Shown piece by piece: positions 1-6,774 of a DNA stretch of 11,158 nt (positions are counted from its first letter, which is position 1; every line of letters starts with the position of its first letter). The notes under the pieces were generated by a model that did no database searches, was not told the origin of the DNA, and saw only the letters and a program-made list of their open reading frames with translations. The translations under genes were made by a program, and so were the position numbers. The DNA is from Lentisphaerae bacterium RIFOXYC12_FULL_60_16 (lineage in GTDB: Bacteria; Verrucomicrobiota; Kiritimatiellia; UBA8416; YA12-FULL-60-10). The DNA is taken from NCBI GenBank assembly GCA_001803315.1, contig MHBQ01000175.1:1-11158 (forward strand), read 5' to 3'.

Positions 1-140
1 CCGGCATGATGTTCGCCCGGCATGCGTTCTATGAACGGGTTGGACCGCAGATCCAGACGATTCTCAGCGGTGACGGGGAAGACAGCCTGGGCGGCTTGTT
101 CCTGCCCTATGTGCCGCAGCGGAAAGAGGTGACGAAATGA
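1..140 (+). CDS. 3' end of an upstream gene (partial, product unknown); only frame 3 is open from the window edge to TGA at 138-140
   Basis: Frame 3 is open from position 3 to stop 138-140; the other two + frames carry stops within the first 40 nt. The stop overlaps the ATG of the next gene in an ATGA arrangement, typical of translational coupling. No recognisable domain in the 45 visible residues. Confidence 0.35.
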   Translation, partial: GMMFARHAFYERVGPQIQTILSGDGEDSLGGLFLPYVPQRKEVTK

Positions 141-1870
141 AAAAGGCGATTTTCTTACTGGTGGTGATGGTGGCGTTTGCCTGGCTGGTCTGGACCTGGG
201 GATTCTGCCGGTTCTACGTGCAGCCGGGGTATATGGCGGTGATCACAGCCAAGCGGGGGAAAGCCCTGCCTGCCGACCAGATCCTGGCGCATGACGCCCA
301 GAAGGGCGTGCGCGAGAATGTGCTTGGGGAAGGGCGGCATTTCCTGAACCCGATCCTATATGAGCATAAAATTCAGCCGGTCATCAAGGTCCTGCCGGGC
401 AAGGTCGGGATTGTTACGGCCGGGGTCGGGACAAACCTTCCGGAAGACGAATTCCTCGCCGAGGAAGGCCAGAAGGGTATCTGGCGCCGCGTACTGGGCC
501 CCGGCACCTACCGCATGAATCCGGTCGGGTACCAGGTTGACCTGGTGGACGCCACACCGATCCCCATCGGGTATGCCGGTGTGATGACATCATTATCCGG
601 ACGCCAGGCGCCGGAAGGCGAGTTCGCGAAGGCGGGCGAGAAAGGGGTCCGACAGGATATTCTCCAGCCCGGCTTGTATTATATCAACCCGCGCGAGATC
701 AGCGTCAACGTGCTGGAGATCGGCGTCAACCAGGTATCCCTGCTGGGCAAGATGGGTAGCGCGGTGTTGACCAAGGGCCAAATCATGACCGACAATGCGG
801 CCATGAATGTGCTGCAACAGAGCCAGCTCAGCAAGCAGGCTGAACGACGCGCCGATTACCTGTCGCAACAGAGCGCGACGGCAAGCGGGGCGGGGAGTCG
901 TGGAGTTTCCGCCGAGAGCAAGATGGCGCCGCAAATGCAGGTGGGCAAGCCGCGGGTGGCGGTGCCCAAGCAGGCCCAGCTGTCGGACGGGAATGTGTTT
1001 GTGCTGTCCCAGTTTGTCGAGTTTCCGTCCCGCGATGGGTTCGAGATCAGTCTGGACATGACGGTGGAATTCGAACTCCTGCCGAAACACATTGCCTGGT
1101 TGTACCGCAGTTACGGCGATCTTCCGGCCGTGGTGGACAAGGTGATCATGCCCCAGATCCTGTCGGTCTCGCGGCTTAAGGGGTCGGCCTACGGCGCCAA
1201 GGATTTCATCGTGGGTGAAGGCCGCGAGAAGTTCCAAAATGACCTGACCGATACCCTGGCACGCACCCTGGCGGACCGCCGGATCAACATCCATAGTGCG
1301 CTGATCCGCCATGTGAATGTGCCGATGCAGATCCTGGACCCCATCCAGCAGGCCAGCCTGGCGATGGAAATGGACCTCACCAACAAGGAGAAGCAGAACA
1401 CGGCGAAAATACAGGCCCAACTCAACACGGAAATGAGCCTGATTGAACAGCGCCGCGAAACGGTGGCGCAGGAAACCGAGAAGATCAAGGCCGAGATCCT
1501 GGCGGAACAGGAAAAAGAGGTGGCCCAGATCGCCGCCACCACGATCAAGCAGGTGGCGGACGTCGCCAAGCAGACCGCAGGGGTGCAGGCGGAACGGACC
1601 ATGCGACTCGGCAAGGCGGAAGCCGATGCCTACGGGCTGGTGGAAGGCGAGAAGGCCATGGGCGCCCAGATCAAGATCAAGTCGTTCGACGACCCGATGG
1701 CCTACAACCTGTGGGTGCTGGCAACCTCGCTCAACCCGCAGATCGGGATCAATATCCTGCACGCCGGAGATGGCACGCTGTGGACGGATCTAAAGGACGC
1801 GCAGCTGGGCGATCTGGGTGGCGCCGAAGTGATCCGGAAGAAAAAGGAAGCTGCACCGGCGGCCAAATAA
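137..1870 (+). CDS. Membrane-anchored SPFH/Band-7 (flotillin/YqiK-like) protein with a triplicated N-terminal segment and a C-terminal coiled-coil/EA-rich tail
   Basis: N-terminal TM helix (KKAIFLLVVMVAFAWLVWTWGF). Central region (VFVLSQFVEFPSRDGFEISLDMTVEFEL...YGDLPAVVDKVIMPQILSVSRLKGSAYGAKDFIVGEGREKFQNDLTDTLARTLADRRINIHSALIRHVNVP) matches the SPFH core. Followed by an E/A/Q-rich coiled-coil (AEILAEQEKEVAQIAATTIKQVADVAKQTAG...) as in flotillins. RBS GGAAAGAGGTGA lies 4-15 nt upstream of ATG 137. Confidence 0.85.
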   Translation: MKKAIFLLVVMVAFAWLVWTWGFCRFYVQPGYMAVITAKRGKALPADQILAHDAQKGVRENVLGEGRHFLNPILYEHKIQPVIKVLPGKVGIVTAGVGTNLPEDEFLAEEGQKGIWRRVLGPGTYRMNPVGYQVDLVDATPIPIGYAGVMTSLSGRQAPEGEFAKAGEKGVRQDILQPGLYYINPREISVNVLEIGVNQVSLLGKMGSAVLTKGQIMTDNAAMNVLQQSQLSKQAERRADYLSQQSATASGAGSRGVSAESKMAPQMQVGKPRVAVPKQAQLSDGNVFVLSQFVEFPSRDGFEISLDMTVEFELLPKHIAWLYRSYGDLPAVVDKVIMPQILSVSRLKGSAYGAKDFIVGEGREKFQNDLTDTLARTLADRRINIHSALIRHVNVPMQILDPIQQASLAMEMDLTNKEKQNTAKIQAQLNTEMSLIEQRRETVAQETEKIKAEILAEQEKEVAQIAATTIKQVADVAKQTAGVQAERTMRLGKAEADAYGLVEGEKAMGAQIKIKSFDDPMAYNLWVLATSLNPQIGINILHAGDGTLWTDLKDAQLGDLGGAEVIRKKKEAAPAAK

Positions 1871-1879
1871 CGTACGACG

Positions 1880-2671
1880 ATGAACCGGGTGTCACGCGAA
1901 GCTTCAACTTCACCGGGACGTTGGCTTGAGACGCTGGCATTTTATGCGTATGCGCTGGCGGTGACCCCGGTCGTGACTCCCCTGCTCCGTGACGCGGTGC
2001 ACGAACAGGGAGCCTTGCCGGCAGCCGGCTGGATAATTGCCGCCGCCCTGGTCGCGGAAACCTTTGCCGTCTGGTGGCTGGCATCGTCCTGGCGAATACG
2101 CGGAGGCTCCCCGTTTGCACAGGGAATGTCCATGCGGCTGGGCGCCGGGCTGGTGATCAGCCACGTCCTCCTTGCCTATTTCCTTTTGCTGGGCGCCCTG
2201 AGCCTGTGGGGACTCATGGGGGATGGAACCGAAGGAGATGAACCTTCGATCCTGGCGCCGATCCTGTTCGTTGTGATGTTCTTCCGGGAAGTGGTGTTGT
2301 GGGTGGGCGCGGCTGCACGGCGAACCGTTGATCGGGAACCGCCGGCGTGGCGGTTGTTCCTGGCCCGCTGGATGATGGTGGCCTTTCAATGTATCGCCTT
2401 CACCGTCTATTGGGATGCGATCATCGGATTTGAAGGGGTTGATGATATCCATCCGGCGGCCTGGCTGGTACTGGCGCCGGCCATCGTGCTGGTGTTTCTC
2501 ATCCTCTATCTGCCGCTGTGCCTGCAGGAATTGATGGAACCCTGTTTCCGGCTGGAAAATCCAGGGCCGGAACCGGGAACCGGCTGGCGGCTGATCGGGT
2601 CCGGCGCCTGCCTGGCCTTGTATCCGTTTGCCCTGGAACTGATCAAGACCCACGTCCTGCTGCCGTTCTAG
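1880..2671 (+). CDS. Polytopic integral membrane protein, function unknown (about 7 predicted TM segments)
   Basis: Strongly hydrophobic, W/L/A/V-rich segments alternating with short charged loops. Begins 9 nt after the stop of the SPFH gene and is likely co-transcribed with it. The start codon is not well supported by an RBS, so the N-terminus is uncertain. Confidence 0.6.
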   Translation: MNRVSREASTSPGRWLETLAFYAYALAVTPVVTPLLRDAVHEQGALPAAGWIIAAALVAETFAVWWLASSWRIRGGSPFAQGMSMRLGAGLVISHVLLAYFLLLGALSLWGLMGDGTEGDEPSILAPILFVVMFFREVVLWVGAAARRTVDREPPAWRLFLARWMMVAFQCIAFTVYWDAIIGFEGVDDIHPAAWLVLAPAIVLVFLILYLPLCLQELMEPCFRLENPGPEPGTGWRLIGSGACLALYPFALELIKTHVLLPF

Positions 2672-2699
2672 GGAGGGTCCCCTACCCGACCGGAATCAC

Positions 2700-3695
2700 T
2701 TAACCCGCCTGGTCCGGAAATCCATAATCCTTCAACCAGGCGACGGTCTGCTTGACGCCTTCACGGAGGGGGACGGGTGGGGGCCCCAGCACCGCAAAGG
2801 TGCGGTCCATCGGCGTCAGGTAATCCTGGGTCATGCTACGGTAACGGGATGAGGTGATGGGGAACGATTGCCCGGCCGCGGCCAGGCAATCGCCGGCCAG
2901 GGCGATCAGGCGAACGGCAAAGCGGGGCACGCGCCGTGCCGGCTTGCCGCGCAGTTCCAGGGAGAACGCGTTGACCCACTCGTAGATGTCGATGGGCGGA
3001 TCGCCCAAGTAGAAGGTCTGCCGGTTGACGATACCGCTGTCCAGGGTCAGTAACCGGCAGACATAATGCACGATGTTGCCGACATATCCGTAGCACCGGA
3101 TCACCGGTTCCCAGCCAGGATGCAGGTAGCGGCCGCGCCGGATGACTTCCCATGCCTCCCGCCGGTACCGGAGGTGCCAGGGCCCCCAGATATTGGTCAG
3201 CCGGGCAATGGTCCAGGTGAACGGCCAGTCGCCGGATTTCACGGCCTGTTCGGCCATGACCTTGCTCTGGCCGTAAACGGTATGCGGGCCGTAATCATCA
3301 AGGGAGGCGGGCTTTTTTTCAGGACCAATCACGTATTGCGAGGAAGCCAGGATCCAGCGTTTTACCGACTGACAGGAGGCCGAGGCGCTCAGGAGGTTTT
3401 GGGTCCCCTCGATGTTGACCCGGTAGGCCGTGTGGACATCCACATTTTCCACGCAGTCGGTACGGGCGGCCAGGTGAATGACCGCGTCCGGGGCAAAGTC
3501 CTGCAGGGCCGCATGCAAGCCGGATGCATCCAGGATATCGCAGGATCGCCGGAGTGCAGCGTGAACCGGATCAAGCGGGGCGCCGATGTCCAGATTGCAC
3601 ACGATGTGCCCTTGCTGCAGGAACGCGGTGATCAGGTTGGTGCCGATGAATCCGGAACCACCGGTCACCAGGATGCGTTGTGGGTTAATTGCCAT
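2700..3695 (-). CDS. NAD-dependent epimerase/dehydratase (extended SDR family)
   Basis: N-terminal Rossmann motif ILVTGGSGFIGTNL. Catalytic YxxxK present (YGQSKVMAEQAV). Length and organisation are typical of UDP-sugar 4-epimerase/dehydratase-like enzymes. Convergent with the upstream membrane-protein gene. Confidence 0.9.
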   Translation of the reverse strand: MAINPQRILVTGGSGFIGTNLITAFLQQGHIVCNLDIGAPLDPVHAALRRSCDILDASGLHAALQDFAPDAVIHLAARTDCVENVDVHTAYRVNIEGTQNLLSASASCQSVKRWILASSQYVIGPEKKPASLDDYGPHTVYGQSKVMAEQAVKSGDWPFTWTIARLTNIWGPWHLRYRREAWEVIRRGRYLHPGWEPVIRCYGYVGNIVHYVCRLLTLDSGIVNRQTFYLGDPPIDIYEWVNAFSLELRGKPARRVPRFAVRLIALAGDCLAAAGQSFPITSSRYRSMTQDYLTPMDRTFAVLGPPPVPLREGVKQTVAWLKDYGFPDQAG

Positions 3696-3710
3696 GGGAT
3701 TCGGATCGTT

Positions 3711-3792
3711 CCCTTGTGACTACCGTATTGTATTTCGGGTGCAGGCATGGTACGTCCATGGCGTGCGGGTGGCAAGCGGATCGTCACAAGGG
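3711..3792. promoter_or_regulatory. Divergent intergenic region with a 10-bp inverted repeat, CCCTTGTGAC (3711-3720) / GTCACAAGGG (3783-3792). Each arm sits in the 5' leader next to the RBS of one of the divergent genes (epimerase, HExxH membrane protein)
   Basis: Exact 10/10 reverse-complement match. Both leaders read GTCACAAGGG(G)AA...ATG in their own sense orientation. Confidence 0.4.
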
Positions 3793-3797
3793 GAAAC

Positions 3798-4511
3798 ATG
3801 TTAGAGCGTCTGGCATTCAACCTGGCGGGAATCGTGTTGATGCCCCTGTGCTGGGGCGTGGCCATGGCCGTATTCCGGCTGGTCCGGTCCATCGATCCGG
3901 AGATCGGGCGCAACCTTCCGCCGACATTCTGGGCGCTGATCGGCGGTTTCATGCTGTGGCAGATCCTGTACCTGACGCTGCCGCGTCCGGCGCGCCTGTA
4001 CGTGCTGGGGCATGAATTGACCCATGCCCTGTGGGGGTGGCTGATGGGTGCGCGGGTCAGCAAGCTGAAGGTTGGCCGGGACCATGGCAGTGTAACCTTG
4101 AGCAAAACCAATGTCTGGATAACCCTGGCTCCCTACTTCTTCCCCCTGTACACGTTTATCGTCATAACCGTGTATTATGTCCTGTCGATCTTTCTGGAGG
4201 TGGAACGAGCCTACCTGGTCTGGCTGGCACTGGTGGGGTTCACCTGGGGTTTCCATGCGACGTTCACCCTGGTCACCCTGTTGCAGCGCCAGAGTGACAT
4301 CCTGGCCTATGGCCGGATACTGTCTTATACCCTGATCCTGCTGCTGAATGTGCTGGGTATCGGGTTCTGGGTGGTGATGGTGTCGGAAGCCACCCTGGAG
4401 AAATTTGTCATGGAATTAAACCAGTGCGCCGGCATGGCCTACCGGTGGGGCTTGGACATATTGTACCGGGGTTTCGTTGAAATCCGGCACTGGGCCGGAA
4501 CGGTACAATAA
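3798..4511 (+). CDS. Integral membrane putative zinc metallopeptidase (HExxH motif within a TM region; M50-like/DUF3267-like)
   Basis: Motif LGHELTHALWGW embedded in hydrophobic sequence, with multiple TM helices. Start placed at ATG 3798 because AGGGGAA lies 5 nt upstream; the first in-frame ATG is at 3747, an alternative start giving an extra 17 aa. The DUF3267/M50 assignment is from memory of the HExxH-in-membrane pattern, not a computed hit. Confidence 0.7.
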   Translation: MLERLAFNLAGIVLMPLCWGVAMAVFRLVRSIDPEIGRNLPPTFWALIGGFMLWQILYLTLPRPARLYVLGHELTHALWGWLMGARVSKLKVGRDHGSVTLSKTNVWITLAPYFFPLYTFIVITVYYVLSIFLEVERAYLVWLALVGFTWGFHATFTLVTLLQRQSDILAYGRILSYTLILLLNVLGIGFWVVMVSEATLEKFVMELNQCAGMAYRWGLDILYRGFVEIRHWAGTVQ

Positions 4512-4552
4512 AGACCGGTGTTGATTCGTTAATTACCCAGAGACAGGCAACC

Positions 4553-5113
4553 ATGGTGGAACCCGTTGATCAGGCGGATTGGGCGGCATACCGGGACGGC
4601 GAGGAAGCCGCCTTGGAGCGCCTGATAGAAAGGCACCGGGGGCCATTGTTCGGTTACCTGGTGAACATGTGCAGGAATACGGCGGATGCGGAGGAGTTGT
4701 TTCAGGATGTCTGGTTGAAGGTGATCCGGAAACCGGAAGCGTTCCGGGGCGGGAACCTGGGAGGATGGCTCATGCGGGTGGCGCACAACCTGGTGATCGA
4801 CCGGAGCCGCAAGCGTACCCCGGATCTGACCCTCGACGTGACCGACGAGGCGGGTGAACGGCCATTGATCGACCGGGTGGCGTCGCCGGAGGCCACACCG
4901 GCCGAGGCGCTGGCGGCGGGAGACCTGGGGCGGCAGATTGAACGGGCCGTGGCGACCTTGCCGCCCGATCAGCGGGAAGTGTTCCTGATGCGGGTGGAGT
5001 CGGATCTGCCGTTCAAGGAGATTGCCCGGATCCAGAAGGTGTCGATCAATACCGCGCTGGCGCGGATGCAATATGCGTTGAACAAGTTGAGGCCGCTGAT
5101 GGCTGCGGGATGA
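4553..5113 (+). CDS. ECF-type RNA polymerase sigma-70 factor (regions 2 and 4)
   Basis: Region 2 signature: LFGYLVNMCRNTADAEELFQDVWLKVIRKPEAFRG...WLMRVAHNLVIDRSRKR. Region 4 HTH: LPPDQREVFLMRVESDLPFKEIARIQKVSINTALARMQYALNKLR. Length of 186 aa is typical of ECF sigma factors. Confidence 0.92.
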   Translation: MVEPVDQADWAAYRDGEEAALERLIERHRGPLFGYLVNMCRNTADAEELFQDVWLKVIRKPEAFRGGNLGGWLMRVAHNLVIDRSRKRTPDLTLDVTDEAGERPLIDRVASPEATPAEALAAGDLGRQIERAVATLPPDQREVFLMRVESDLPFKEIARIQKVSINTALARMQYALNKLRPLMAAG

Positions 5114-5136
5114 TGCATGCGGAAAGGGGGCAGGCC

Positions 5137-5649
5137 ATGAACTGCAACGATTATACAAACCTGATATTGCTGGCGGATTCGGGTGAATTGTCGGCGGATC
5201 AACGGGTTGAGCTGGACTGGCATCTCGCCGGCTGCGCCGATTGCCGCCGGTATCGGGATGATTTGAACCGTTTAAACAAGGTTGCAAAACCGGCGCTGGC
5301 CGGAGCAGGCCCTTCACCCTGGGTGGTCCGGAACATCCTGGCGCAGGCGCATCCCTCGCGGCGTCGGATGTGGGCCCCGTCAATTGCAGGGGCATTGGCG
5401 CTGGCTGCCAGCCTGCTGGTGATCACACTGGTCCTGCCGCACGGGAATGGCCCGGCCCCCACGGACCAGCCCGGCGAATCCATCGAGGCCATACATACGT
5501 TGCTGGCCCTGGCCGAAGACATGCCGGAGGAATCCAGCGGAGCCCGGCAAACGGTCAAGGGCGAGGAAGCGGTCCGGGAGCTTGCAGCGGAACTGCTCCG
5601 ATATGGCGGGTTCAACGACGACTGGAGTTCCGCACACCTGCTGCTGTAA
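5137..5649 (+). CDS. Anti-sigma factor, zf-HC2 (H-x3-C-x2-C zinc-binding) type, single-pass membrane protein
   Basis: N-terminus MNCNDYTNLILLADSGELSADQRVELDWHLAGCADCRRY is the classic zinc-finger anti-sigma (ZAS-like) signature. A single TM helix follows (IAGALALAASLLVITLVL), then a short C-terminal extracytoplasmic domain. Good RBS GGAAAGGGGG lies 7 nt upstream of ATG 5137. An alternative upstream ATG at 5110 overlaps the sigma stop as ATGA. The gene lies immediately downstream of the ECF sigma gene. Confidence 0.82.
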   Translation: MNCNDYTNLILLADSGELSADQRVELDWHLAGCADCRRYRDDLNRLNKVAKPALAGAGPSPWVVRNILAQAHPSRRRMWAPSIAGALALAASLLVITLVLPHGNGPAPTDQPGESIEAIHTLLALAEDMPEESSGARQTVKGEEAVRELAAELLRYGGFNDDWSSAHLLL

Positions 5650-5777
5650 AGGCCATTTGGCGGCGGCACCGGCAAGAACCTCGCCCTGGTGCACAGTCCG
5701 GGGCCGTACCGCTGACCTCGATGCCCGACGTCTTTCGATTCTGGCATGTGCACGGAGACTGGTGGCTGGCCTATCAG

Positions 5778-6701
5778 CTATCGGCTGACTTCGCTTCGCT
5801 CGTCAATACCCACCACGTACCCGAACATTCTCAGCTTCGCGGTCAGCAGGCCGCCCAGACCCGGCAGGTCGGCCGGATACACCGAGATCAGCCGCTTGCC
5901 TTCCTGCTGATAGAGCGTCTGCTTCTTATACATGCTCATTTTGTACTGTGGCGTGTCCAGGCCCCAATACTCGATATAAGCGTCCAGTTCAGGCAGGTAG
6001 AAGTCGGGCCGAATCTGAAATTCGCCAATGATACGAAACTTGGCGTCGTAACGGTACGCGATGCCGTGGTTCGTGAGCCACTCCGCGATGCGTCGCTCGC
6101 CCTCGGACTGCACCACCGTACCGTCGTGCGCCTCGATGGTCTTGTTCAGTTCCACCTGCATTTCGAAATTGCGTCGTTCAAGGAACACCTCGTCAAAACA
6201 CCGGTCGCAGAATACCCGCTGAAATGCCTGGTTGGATCGGGCGAACTCGTTCGCCGAGACTCGGGCGTTGCAGCGCTGACAACGGTGTTCGGCCGCATCG
6301 GCCGCGACGCGCACGGCCTCCTCGATGAAGGCCACGGCAGCGGTCGCGTCACGCCGGATGTACGCTTTCTCCGCAGGGTTGGCTGCCATGTCGCGCAAGT
6401 CGGACAGAGAATCCCGCGCTGCGGCGCCGTAGGCCTTCAACGCTTTGATGGCGTATTGCCGGGTTTGGGTATGCGGGTCCCGCCGCGCCACGGGCACAAG
6501 TGCCGCCACCGCAACCGCCTGATCCACACCCATCCAGGCCAACTTGCCCAACGCCGACGCCGCCAGGCGGCGCGCGTTGGCCGAGGATGACCGCAACAAT
6601 TCCAACAATTCCCCAAACGCCGTCACGTTCCCTTCCCGCCCTATTGCCACGGCGCGGTCGGAAAGCCGCTTCTCAAGCTGTCGGTCCATGGAGTTCTTCA
6701 T
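5778..6701 (-). CDS. Fusion protein: N-terminal HEAT/PBS-lyase-like repeats + C4 zinc ribbon + C-terminal DUF559/Vsr-like PD-(D/E)xK endonuclease-fold domain
   Basis: Helical repeats with the HEAT pattern (AFGELLELLRSSSANARRLAASALGKL...ARRDPHTQTRQYAIKALKAYG...). Zinc ribbon CQRCN-x19-CDRC. C-terminal segment ERRIAEWLTNHGIAYRYDAKFRIIGEFQIRPDFYLPELDAYIEYWG matches the DUF559/Vsr core signature (E..L...G...RxDF..PE..L.IE.DG). RBS AGGGAA lies 8 nt upstream of ATG (minus strand). Confidence 0.8.
   Translation of the reverse strand: MKNSMDRQLEKRLSDRAVAIGREGNVTAFGELLELLRSSSANARRLAASALGKLAWMGVDQAVAVAALVPVARRDPHTQTRQYAIKALKAYGAAARDSLSDLRDMAANPAEKAYIRRDATAAVAFIEEAVRVAADAAEHRCQRCNARVSANEFARSNQAFQRVFCDRCFDEVFLERRNFEMQVELNKTIEAHDGTVVQSEGERRIAEWLTNHGIAYRYDAKFRIIGEFQIRPDFYLPELDAYIEYWGLDTPQYKMSMYKKQTLYQQEGKRLISVYPADLPGLGGLLTAKLRMFGYVVGIDERSEVSR
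5783..5805. repeat. Left arm of a 23-bp inverted repeat (GGCTGACTTCGCTTCGCtCGTCA); partner at 6718-6740 (22/23 identity)
   Basis: Direct reading: 5783-5799 is the exact reverse complement of 6724-6740 (17/17). After one mismatch the match continues for 5 more bp (5801-5805 vs 6718-6722). Chance expectation for a 17-mer exact IR in 11 kb is below 0.01. Confidence 0.75.
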
Positions 6702-6717
6702 GCGATGTTCCCTGCGC

Positions 6718-6740
6718 TGACGCGCGAAGCGAAGTCAGCC
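6718..6740. repeat. Right arm of the 23-bp inverted repeat flanking the HEAT-Zn-ribbon-DUF559 gene; the arm also contains a local hairpin GCTGAC-n12-GTCAGC (6716-6739)
   Basis: Reverse complement of 5783-5805 (22/23). Lies 17-39 nt upstream of the gene's ATG (6701, minus strand) and 35 nt from the 3' end of tRNA-Leu. Confidence 0.75.
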
Positions 6741-6774
6741 TTGCTCGCTCCCTCCGCGCTACCTTCCAGGGTGC

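Noticed and set aside
593-1762. 389-aa ORF on the minus strand
   Set aside because: Entirely antisense to the well-supported SPFH gene. Arg/Gly/Leu/His-rich low-complexity translation with no domain signal. A typical high-GC antisense open frame.
1910-2653. 247-aa ORF on the minus strand
   Set aside because: Antisense to the polytopic membrane protein gene, whose hydrophobic periodicity clearly marks the + frame as coding. The translation is Gln/Arg/Gly/Pro-rich and non-protein-like.
2672-2699. Possible bidirectional terminator between the convergent membrane-protein and epimerase genes
   Set aside because: Only a short imperfect GGGAGGG...CCTACCC pairing with no U-tract. A stable hairpin could not be supported from the sequence.
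3747-3797. Upstream in-frame ATG (3747) for the HExxH membrane protein
   Set aside because: Not rejected outright, but less likely than ATG 3798. The latter has a strong AGGGGAA RBS, and the extra 17 aa (MVRPWRAGGKRIVTRGN) would be a charged non-hydrophobic extension. Kept as an alternative.
4490-4552. Possible ECF-type autoregulatory promoter (GGAAC at 4497-4501) upstream of the sigma gene
   Set aside because: GGAAC is present, but no convincing CGTC/GTC -10 element lies at the required 16-17 nt spacing (GTGTTG instead). It is inside or overlapping the 3' end of the upstream gene, so it is too weak to call.
4529-5395. 288-aa ORF on the minus strand
   Set aside because: Antisense across the ECF sigma and anti-sigma genes, both of which have unambiguous family signatures on the + strand.
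5650-5777. Possible attR-like partial duplicate of the tRNA-Leu 3' end downstream of the cassette
   Set aside because: Only a 7-mer (CTGGTGC) is shared with the tRNA 3' region, which is far too short to be meaningful. Mentioned in the findings only as something to test with proper alignment.
5370-6590. 406-aa ORF on the plus strand
   Set aside because: Overlaps the end of the anti-sigma gene and lies antisense to the HEAT-Zn-ribbon-DUF559 gene. The translation is dominated by R/G/P/H, unlike real proteins, whereas the minus-strand frame contains recognisable domains.
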